Below, piece after piece: positions 37,401 to 47,267 of a stretch of 64,000 bases of DNA. Position 1 is the first letter of the stretch; every line of letters begins with the position of its first letter. The notes below the pieces were generated by a model, which saw nothing but the letters and a program-made list of their open reading frames with translations, ran no database searches and was not told the DNA's origin. The translations under genes were made by a program, and so were the position numbers. The stretch is from Octopus sinensis. Lineage: Eukaryota. Where the stretch lies: NCBI RefSeq assembly GCF_006345805.1, contig NC_043023.1, forward strand, positions 17,856,001 through 17,920,000, written 5' to 3'.

Positions 37401-39515
37401 TTGAAGGTTCGCCTTCAAATGTAGCTGTGTCTGCAGCTAAAATTATTGAAGGTTCGCCTTCAAATGTAGCTGTGTCTGCAGCTAAAATTATTGAAGGTTC
37501 GCCTTCAAATGTAGCTGTGTCTGCTGCTAAAATTATTGAAGGTTCGCCTTCAAATGTAGCTGTGTCTGCTGCTAAAATTATTGAAGGTTCGCCTTCAAAT
37601 GTAGCTGTGTCTGCTGCTAAAATTATTGAAGGTTCGCCTTCAAATGTAGCTGTGTCTGCTGCTAAAATTATTGAAGGTTCGCCTTCAAATGTAGCTGTGT
37701 CTGCTGCTAAAATTATTGAAGGTTCGCCTTCAAATGTAGCTGTGTCTGCTGCTAAAATTATTGAAGGTTCGCCTTCAAATGTAGCTGTGTCTGCAGCTAA
37801 AATTATTGAAGGTTCGCCTTCAAATGTAGCTGTGTCTGCTGCTAAAATTATTGAAGGTTCGCCTTCAAATGTAGCTGTGTCTGCTGCTAAATTTATTGAA
37901 GGTTCGCCTTCAAATGTAGCTGTGTCTGCTGCTAAAATTATTGAAGGTTCGCCTTCAAATGTAGCTGTGTCTGCTGCTAAAATTATTGAAGGTTCGCCTT
38001 CAAATGTAGCTGTGTCTGCTGCTAAATTTATTGAAGGTTCGCCTTCAAATGTAGCTGTGTCTGCTGCTAAAATTATCGAAGGTTCGCCTTCAAATGTAGC
38101 TGTGTCTGCTGCTAAAATTATTGAAGGTTCGCCTTCAAATGTAGCTGTGTCTGCAGCTAAATTATTGAAGGTTCGCCTTCAAATGTAGCTGTGTCTGCTG
38201 CTAAAATTATTGAAGGTTCGCCTTCAAATGTAGCTGTGTCTGCTGCTAAAATTATTGAAGGTTCGCCTTCAAATGTAGCTGTGTCTGCTGCTAAAATTAT
38301 TGAAGGTTCGCCTTCAATGTAGCTGTGTCTGCTGCTAAAATTATTGAAGGTTCGCCTTCAAATGTAGCTGTGTCTGCTGCTAAAATTATTGAAGGTTCGC
38401 CTTCAAATGTAGCTGTGTCTGCAGCTAAAATTATTGAAGGTTCGCCTTCAAATGTAGCTGTGTCTGCTGCTAAAATTATTGAAGGTTCGCCTTCAAATGT
38501 AGCTGTGTCTGCTGCTAAAATTATTGAAGGTTCGCCTTCAAATGTAGCTGTGTCTGCAGCTAAAATTATTGAAGGTTCGCCTTCAAATGTAGCTGTGTCT
38601 GCTGCTAAAATTATTGAAGGTTCGCCTTCAATGTAGCTGTGTCTGCAGCTAAATTATTGAAGGTTCGCCTTCAAATGTAGCTGTGTCTGCTGCTGAAATT
38701 ATGAAGGTTCGCCTTCAATGTAGCTGTGTCTGCTGCTAAAATTATTGAAGGTTCGCCTTCAAATGTAGCTGTGTCTGCTGCTAAAATTATTGAAGGTTCG
38801 CCTTCAAATGTAGCTGTGTCTGCTGCGCTAATTATGAAGGTTCGCCTTCAAATGTAGCTGTGTCTGCTGCTAAAATTATTGAAGTTCGCCTTCAAATGTA
38901 GCTGTGTCTGCTGCTAAAATTATTGAAGGTTCGCCTTCAAATGTAGCTGTGTCTGCAGCTAAAATTATTGAAGGTTCGCCTTCAAATGTACTGTGTCAGC
39001 TAAAATTATTGAAGGTTCGCCTTCAAATGTAGCTGTGTCTGCAGCTAAAATTATTGAAGGTTCGCCTTCAAATGTAGCTGTGTCTGCAGCTAAAGTTATT
39101 GAAGGTTCGCCTTCAATGTAGCTGTGTCTGCAGCTAAAATTATTGAAGGTTCGCCTTCAAGTAGCTGTGTCTGCTGCTAAAATTATGAAGGTTCGCCTTC
39201 AAATGTAGCTGTGTCTGCAGCTAAAATTATTGAAGGTTCGCCTTCAAATGTAGCTGTGTCTGCTGCTAAAATTATTGAAGGTTCGCCTTCAAATGTAGCT
39301 GTGTCTGCAGCTAAAATTATTGAAGGTTCGCCTTCAAATGTAGCTGTGTCTGCAGCTAAAATTATTGAAGGTTCGCCTTCAAATGTAGTTGTGTCTGCTG
39401 CTAAAATTATCGAAGGTTCGCCTTCAAATGTAGCTGTTTCTGCTGCTAAAGTTATCGAAGGTTCGCCTTCAAATGTAGCTGTGTCTGCAGCTAAAATTAT
39501 TGAAGGTTCGCCTTC
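7452..39515. repeat. 45-bp tandem satellite, about 32 kb, roughly 710 monomers
   Basis: Consensus AATGTAGCTGTGTCTGC(A/T)GCTAAAATTATTGAAGGTTCGCCTTCA repeated head-to-tail with no spacers. Stop-free in one frame on each strand (SAAKIIEGSPSNVAV and ILAADTATFEGEPSI). Copy number is length divided by 45. Confidence 0.99.
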
Positions 39516-40862
39516 GAAAGTGAAACAAGCTAAAACGTACAACTTCGCAGCCGCCGCTGGACGGAAGACGGAAGAGATTAAAATGGAGGACACAGAATAC
39601 AAAAAATACAAATATATGTTTGTAAGGGAGGAGAATAATATAAAAGCCACCCTCCCAGAAGATATTAAAAATGAAACACAAAGAAGGATAGTGATTTACA
39701 AATCATTTGTAATAAAAGAGAAAAAATCGAAGAAGTAACAAAAGAACAGGCAGAGAAGTGCCTGCAACCATATGGCAAGACATAGATTTCGTGACATGGG
39801 GCAAAAAGTACGCCACAATAATGGTCTATTTTAAGAGCGAGCAAATGGCATGAAAGCACTCGCTAACCCCATTTCAGGCTAGTGATATTGTTCTCTTGCT
39901 TTTTCTTATTTGGGGCAGAGGTCAGCCAAAATAAGAATCGAGGAAATACCTCCAGAAATCGAGGTAAAGTGGTTGCTTCCAGCCTTGCTAATAGGGCTGG
40001 AAGAAAAAATAAGTGTTATATAGAGATAACAAAGATCAGGATGGAAAACTGGAGAGGTCAAACTCTTCAAGTGACAGTACAGGCGGCCCCAAAGACATTG
40101 GAGGAGGTCGCAGAAAATATCAATTTCAGCAATGAAATAAATTTGCGCGTGGTGGTGGAGGCCCGAAAGCCTCGATGCTACGGATGTGGTGAGAAAGGCC
40201 ACATCCGTATAGACTGCTCCACCCGCAAGAAAGAAGAAGAAGAGAAAAAAAGGACGGAAGCAGAGGAGAAGAGGAAAAAAGAGACGGTGGAAGAGAAAAC
40301 AACAGAAGAAAATGCCTTCACACTGGTGAAGCAAAAAAAAAACACCAAAAGGAAAAAAATGAAGACTTAAACCTACCCACCCCATGCACAAGCAAAAAGA
40401 AAAATAACACACAGGGGAGAACATTTACCCCACCCAACCACGGTTCCCCACAAAAGAAAAGAAAGAAAAGACCCTCCCAACCCAACCCGAACAACCACTC
40501 CCACCCCTACCTCCCAGTGTCGAACAATTCCCTCCCCTCCCAAACTACTCCCCACCGTCCACCCCATCACCCCCACGAAGCCCAAAGAAAAAATGGAAGG
40601 TTTAGAGATGGTGTACATCTCAATAAACAAAGATAATGATAGGTTGGTGAAACTTATTGATGAAGTCCCAACAGCGGAAAAAATTCAAACTTACAGGGTA
40701 TTGCCCAAAAATGTAGAAGTGTGTAAGATCGACATGTTAAATTACAACATTATACATGAGGAATACCCAAAATACATTAAAGGTCCGCGTCTCGACTTGC
40801 ATGAGTCGTTGTATAAAGCGGACTTCCCCCCACGACCAATGGAAAAAAGGAAAACCAACTAA
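39516..40862 (+). pseudogene. ORF1 (gag-like, CCHC) of element 3, frameshifted, N-terminally in frame with the satellite
   Basis: KTYNFAAAAGRKTEEIKMED...ETQRRIVIYKSF...IPPEIEVKWL...NWRGQ...VVEARKPRCYGCGEKGHIRIDC (CX2CX4HX4C at 40176-40217). Homologous to the ORF1 at 57333-59040. Confidence 0.88.
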
Positions 40863-40872
40863 AAGGTAGGTG

Positions 40873-41991
40873 ATGGCTCGTATTCATGTAGGGTGCATAA
40901 ATGTGCGTCGCCTGGTGTCGAATTGGAAGCAAGGGCGCCTCCTAAACGACATCAGGTCACGGGATTTAGATGTTGTTGTTGCCACAGAAACCTGGTTAAA
41001 GGGGCCAAGAGATCCACTCCCGCTGTTCGGCGGTTACGAGAGAATTATCTCTCCGAGCCGTCTGTCCGGCGGAAGCGGGGTGTTGGTCCTGTGTAAAAAG
41101 AACCGGGTTTCTGAGAAAAAGTAGATTTTTTTCAGATCCAGAAGGGAGACTGGTCTTCGTTGATTTGACGTTCAGTAGTCGTAAGACAATCAGACTGGTT
41201 GCGGTTTACGAACCCCACAGTCAAGGGGAACAAAGTGATTATTTTCGGAACCTTGGAAAGTTTCTGAGTACATTGCATCCTTTAGTTGTTTTAGGAGACT
41301 TCAACACAGTCTACGATGTGCGGGTAGACTGTGAGGGCTCGCGAAGGAAAGGAAATGCTTGCTTCCAGGATCTACTAAGACGTTTCGAGCTGGTAGATCC
41401 ATATAGACTGGAACATTCGAACGCTCCATTGTGGACATGGTCAAACAGCGACGGATCTATCAAGTCGTACATAGACAGGATATTAATTAGAAAAGTAGAT
41501 AAGACACTAGCTAGGAGTCCACAGCTCCACATGGTCAGCTACAGTGACCACAAGATGGTCACCTTAGGCTAGACATAGATAGGACGAATAGAGGTCCTGG
41601 TTACTGGAAACTTAATACGTCCCTTTTGGCGATTAAGGATAAGGTTAATGATTCAGAGGGCTTTGACCGGAACAATAATTAACAACATATGGTGGTATGC
41701 CCTCAAGCGAGCCATCAGATATGAGTCCATTAGATATAGTATAGATCTAGTAGCTAGAGAAGCTAGAAGGGAATCAGCACTAGTTAAGGACTTAGAGCAA
41801 GCAATACGAACTGGCACGGCAGCCCAGGTGAAGGTCAAGAGACTGGTTTTAAACCAGCACCTCGAAGCCAAACACATGGGTTGCATTGTCAGGGCTAGAC
41901 AACGTGCAATGGGGAGCGAAGGAATTAATGCCGCGAGATGGGCCGCAGTGGTGGAAGCCCAACGTGGCAACGATGCCACAATTCGATCTTT
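40873..41991 (+). pseudogene. ORF2 N-terminus (APE-type endonuclease plus linker), disrupted and truncated before RT
   Basis: MARIHVGCINVR...ATETW...VVLGDFN...WTW...SYIDRIL...YSDHKMV...GPGYWKLN...WWYALKRAIR, with frameshifts and stops. Confidence 0.92.
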
Positions 41992-42476
41992 GAAATTAAT
42001 GAGCTCTATTCCTTCTTCAAAACGCAGAAAGTAAAATCAAGTGGGTTTTAAACTTAAAATGCAAAGAGCTACAAAATTCCCATACGAGACCCAGTCCCAT
42101 ATCCCTACACTTTGTCTAGTCCACTGGCCTCTTTAGGTACGCAAACAGCCTTAAGTTAAGGATGTCCTCGGCTAGATTTTAAGTCAGAATATCGAATGCA
42201 AGATTAAATAACACAAGGTGTCACTCAACTCGACGGCCTGCAGGTTCGGCCAATTTTTGAATAAATGATGAATGAAATTAAGAACATTTTAAATTTCTAA
42301 ATAATATATATCGTATATTCACCATCTGCAGATATACGGATTTCTATTTAATTCAGACAATCCCAAATGAGTAGAGAAGCAAGTGAATTCGCTTGAATCG
42401 ATCGAATGTAGTATTGAAATAGTTTATTTAAACTGGAAACTTGAAATATTTAATGCCATATAATTTTATCTACTGT

Positions 42477-42607
42477 AGGCACAAGACCCGAAATTTTGGA
42501 GGAAGGAGAGTCGATGAGATCGACCGTAGTACGAAACTGTTACTTAATTTGTCGACCCGAAAGGATAAAAAGCAAAGTCGACTTCGGCGGAATTTGAAGT
42601 AAGAACG
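42477..42607 (-). mobile_element. SINE-like repeat fragment (copy 1 of 3, carried within the duplication)
   Basis: AGGCACAAGACCCGAAATTTTGG...GTCGACCCGAAAGGAT...AAAGTCGACTTCGGCGGAATTTGAA resembles an abundant octopus tRNA-derived repeat (recognised from memory). Confidence 0.6.
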
Positions 42608-44775
42608 ATTAATACAAATTTAATATAAATCCATTAATCTGAAATAATACTCAGGAATAGTCTAACCCACTCTGTACAATCTAGGGTACTTTTCAGTTGA
42701 ACTGTAACAGACAGATCAGCTAAATCTTAAGCTTAAAGAATTTTGTAGAATTATAACTAATGTGTTTTTATTTCTAAAAAGGTATCGGGTTTATGATATC
42801 AACCTAAATTTTACTGATGACGTCTTTAATAAAAATAAGTTTCATAATACCGGACTATTGTACATGTTTCATTTACATAATATCAGATTCAGGCAATTTA
42901 AGCGGATCTCGTAATTATCTGCAGTTTAATTAGTCTAACAATATCACTTTTAATTGTAAACGTAATATAGACATGCAATAATTAACTGTCATTCTGTTAC
43001 TAAATCAGCTAATATCAATATAACTGTAACAATAAACATCTTAAATTTAGGAAATGATGTTGCGAAATGCGGCACCCGGGGGGCAGCCCAGCAAGCCAAT
43101 TTGATTAAAGTGGAGGAAGTAGGCATACCCGGCCGGATTATTTGCGTAATGTGGTTCTTCGTTGCCAGGTTCATTTCGACTCCTCACATGGCATCATTAC
43201 ACCGATGTCTTCGTTGACAAATCCACACTGTATGCAGTTCTTCGTCGTCTGACCTCACACCAACTGTTCACATCACCCAACTCTCATCTCTAACTCTTCC
43301 CATCGCCCAACTCTTATCCGATTTTTAATTACCCATAAGGGTCTAACATAGAGGGACAATACGCACATTTGGGGACAATTAACATATGAAAGAAGAAGAA
43401 GAAGAAGAAGATGAAAAATGAGCAAGTGCAGGACGATAAGATGTAGAAGAAGTGAAAGAAAAACAAGATTGGTAGGACAAAAACAACATCAAATCAGCAA
43501 CATTAAAACAATAAGTAGAGGAAGTAGAAGAAGAAAACGGAGACGAAGAATATGTAGATGGAGATAATAACTAATACGATGAAACGAAGGAAACGAAAAT
43601 GACGAAAAGAAGGAGAAGACGAAGAAAAAGAGGAGGAGTAAGAAGGAGAAGAGCAAGGAAGTGGAGGAGGAGGTAATGAAGTTGAAGTGGAAGTAGAAGT
43701 TAAAGAAGAAGAGGAAGGAGGTGAAAAATAAGTAGGAGAAGAAAAGAAGAAGAAAGGAAGAAGAATTAAGTACAAGAAGAATTTTATAAATGAGTTTTAT
43801 AAATGACGTAGTTCTAAATGTACAAATGCCATCGGTATTGAAGCATGTTAATTAGCGTAAACACCAGACATAATATCCATACCGAATGATAGACACAGGT
43901 GAATAGGGATTTGTATGTTTATAGTGATGATGAACATAGTGTTGATGCTGATGATGATGGTGGTGAAGTTTCTCTTGTCGATGATGATGAACATATAATA
44001 CCGTGTGAAAGGAAAATGACGAGAGTGAGCGAAATTACAAACATGGAAATATATCGGCAATGATATCCTATAAATGAAGATTGATTTAACTTACAGAGAT
44101 TTTAAATTGGTCAAATATTGGAAGGTTTCTGGTTGGATTTCTTTCAGGTTATTATGGTGCAAATACCTGGAACATGAAATTGAGTTAAGATGAAACTTTA
44201 TGGAACAGGTTTTTGGAAGTATATAACATATTCCAAGTAAGGAATTAAACTATGGAAATCATGAAGAGTTGATAACGGTTCTGTTGAAATTGATAATGAT
44301 GATGATGATGATGTTCAAGTGGGTGCAACTAACTGCGGTTGTCTATGGTAATGAATGAACTTGATGAACCTGACAATGTTGACGGCTGAGAGAAAGAATA
44401 GTGTTGGAGAGAATAGTCTCGGTAACAATGATGGGATCGAAGAACGTTTCGGGGACCACTACTCTGGGTTGATCATGAAGCAAGCAAGCGTGTGTTTATG
44501 CACGCACGTGTGTATGTAAGCATGTGTGTATGTATGTGTGTTTCTGTATGCGTGTGTGTGTTAACTCAATAGTTGAACATGAATAATGAAGAAGATTACA
44601 TCTTCATAATTTATTTGTCGAAGCATTTTCTTCATATTACATTCATTGGTTAATCAGCCCAAGATTTCCTCAGGATGGTAAAAATTATATGCTCGGATTT
44701 CAAATCTTTATTCCATTACGTTACATATGTGTGTGTGGCTGTGTGTATATATGTATGTATATGCATATGTATATA

Positions 44776-45584
44776 CGAGGGGATACACAAAAGTAACCGT
44801 AAATGTTCTCTGTAAGACAAACCCGTTGTAGTTCAGGTTTCCGTCGCCAAACTCCACTTGATGCGACTGTCAGGCATCAGTCAGCCAACCGGCGTTATCC
44901 GCTAGTGTTGTACTGCCGCGTAGTTCGTCTTTGTTTTGACGTGTTTCTGCTCAGTTCGTATGTTTTTTGCAATGGCTGGAACGAAGGAACATTGTGCTTC
45001 TGTGAAATTCTGTTTACTGCTGCTGAAAACTGCAGATGAAACAATTTTCATGCATCCCATCGCAAGGATAATGCAATGGGCAAAGCACAAGTTTATAAAT
45101 GGTTTTCACGATTTAGGAATGGTCACTTGTCGCTTGAAAACCAACCTCATTCATGACAACCGTCGACCTCCCGGCCATCATGAAAATTCATGATCTGATA
45201 CTGGAGGACCGTTACCGAGCAATTGATGAACTTGTTGACACGTCGGTTTTGCCCGGAGCTCCTGCCAATGAATTTTGTGCGAGGAATTGTGAATGAAAAG
45301 CGTTCCAGCAAAATCTATGCCTCGTTTGCTCACGGAATGTCAAAAATAGTCACGGCTGAATGCGTGTCGTGAGCTAGAAGAACGGTTATGAGGTAATCCG
45401 AATGTTTTTTCGAAGGTCATCACTGGTGACGAAAGCTGGTACTACGGAATTTGAAGATGTTGAAGTGAGGAAAGAAAACGATGGAGGCATTAAAAAGCAT
45501 CACTTCGGAATAGGTCCAACACTGATTCCAGTAGCTGAAAAGGCGCCTGGAACGATGCATTGATTAAAATGGAGAATAATTTGA
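44776..45584 (+). mobile_element. Internally deleted mariner element, right end lost
   Basis: TA-CGAGGGG left TIR. Transposase remnants SVKFCLLL, QVYKWFSRFRNG, KVITGDESWYYG, then a jump to the C-terminal FEDVE...RRLERCID*NGE. Confidence 0.88.
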
Positions 45585-46120
45585 TATTTAGGATGTCGGT
45601 TGGCAAGCTAAGACTTCATAGTTTTTATCTTACAGAATATGGCTTATTGTACTCTGTACCTTATATATCTTCACCTTTGCAACTATACTCCACATAACAA
45701 GGTGTTCTACACCCACAACCCTTTAATTACTAGATTTATTTTGATTGTGAAATGATGTTAGACTTGCTAATCATCAATTTGTAGGGAAGATTTGATAATT
45801 GTGTTGTTATCACTTTTCATTAGTCAAATATTGAATTGATTTGTCTTTGTTGGTCCATTTCGTTATACCTAGTTTTATTACATTTTCATGCTGTTATATA
45901 TCTATAATTATAGACATATCGTTATATGTCGTCACTAATTACAATAGTAATTATACATAAATGATGCTACCGATTCACATATTAATGATAATATAGAGCT
46001 CAGGCATTCAAATCAGATATTATTTCTGTGTGTTTGCATGTTTGTAATGATGAGTTTTCAGGTTGGCGCTGTTGATTAATTTTTGAATGATGGGCCATAT
46101 TTTGTGCCACAACCGATTGT

Positions 46121-46917
46121 GCTCAAGATGAAACGTTATGGAACAGCCATGTGGAAGTATATAACATATTTCGAGTAAGGAATTAGACTATGGAAATCAT
46201 GAAGTGTTGATTACAGTTCTGTTGAAATTGATAATGACGATGATGATGATGTTCAAGTGGGTGCAACTAACTGCGGTTGTCTTTGGTAATGAATAAAGTT
46301 GATGATGAACCTGACAATGTTGACGGCTGAGAGAAAGAATAGTGTTGCGGAGAATAGTCTCGGTAATGAGGATGGGAACAAAGAACGTTTCGGGGAACAC
46401 AATCCTGGGATGATCATGAAGCAAGCAAGCGTGTGTTTGTGCACGCACGTATGTATGTAAGCATGTGTGTATGTACGTGTGTTTCTGTATGCACATGTGT
46501 GTTAACTCAATAGTTGAACATGAAGAACGCAGAAGATTACATCTTCATAATTTATTTGTTGAAGCATTTTCTTCATATTACATTCATTGGTTAATCAGCC
46601 CAAGATTTCCTCAGGATGGTAAAAAGTATCTGCTTGGATTTCAAATCCCTATTCCATTACTTTACGTATGTGAGTGTGTGTGGCTGTGTGTATATATGTT
46701 TGTATATGCATATGTATATACGAGGGGATACACAAAAGTAACCGTAAATGTTCTCTGTAAGACAAACCCGTTGTAGTTCAGGTTTCCGTCGCTAAACTCC
46801 ACTTGATGCGAATGTCAGGCATCAGTCAGCCAACCGGCGTTATCCGTAGTGTCGTATTGCCGCGTAGTTCGTCTTTGTTTTGACGTGATTCTGCTCAGTT
46901 CGTATGTTTCTTGCAAT
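46121..46917. repeat. Partial duplication copy (matches 44185-44970 and 48910-49700), ending in a mariner left-end fragment at 46721-46917
   Basis: Direct similarity, including TATA-CGAGGGGATACACAAAAG at 46717. Confidence 0.88.
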
Positions 46918-47139
46918 TTTTGATTAAATTATGAATTAAATATAGAAAATTAAATATTTATAAATAATATATATCGTATATTCACCACCGACTGATTTAC
47001 GGATTTCTATTTAATTCAGACAATCCCAAAAGTGTAGAGAAGCAAGTGAATTCGCTTGAATCGATCGAAAATAGTATTGGAATATTATATTTAAACTGGA
47101 AACTTGAAATATTTAATGCCATATAACTTTTTCTACTGT

Positions 47140-47267
47140 ACGCAAAAGACTAGAAAGTTTGTAGGAAGGAGAGTCGATTAGATCGATCCTAGTAATTGTT
47201 ACTTAATTTATCGACCCCGAAAGGATGAAAGGCAAAGTCGACTTCGGCGGAATTTGAAGTCAGAACG
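47140..47267 (-). mobile_element. SINE-like repeat fragment (copy 2 of 3)
   Basis: Same repeat as 42477-42607. Confidence 0.6.

Larger units (their letters stand above)
39516..41991 (+). mobile_element. Tx1-like element 3: ORF1 and 5' part of ORF2, no visible 5' UTR (satellite in its place), 3' truncated
   Basis: ORF1 and endonuclease motifs (see next two features). Homology to intact ORF2 stops at ...QRGNDATIRSL, where duplication unit X begins. Confidence 0.92.
41992..45700. repeat. Local segmental duplication, copy A
   Basis: 41992-42840 matches 52447-53297. 42250-45584 matches 46914-50315. 45585-45700 matches 50790-50900. Copies are visibly diverged by many substitutions. Confidence 0.9.

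Noticed and set aside
7515-39300. The many SAAKIIEGSPSNVAV / ILAADTATFEGEPSI ORFs as individual host genes
   Set aside because: They follow automatically from a stop-free 45-bp unit. The starts are GTG/TTG inside repeats, and there is no unique domain except the LINE ORF1 at the right end.
7452-39515. CRISPR-like array (short palindromic repeats)
   Set aside because: Monomers are contiguous with no unique spacers, there are no cas genes, and the context is eukaryotic.
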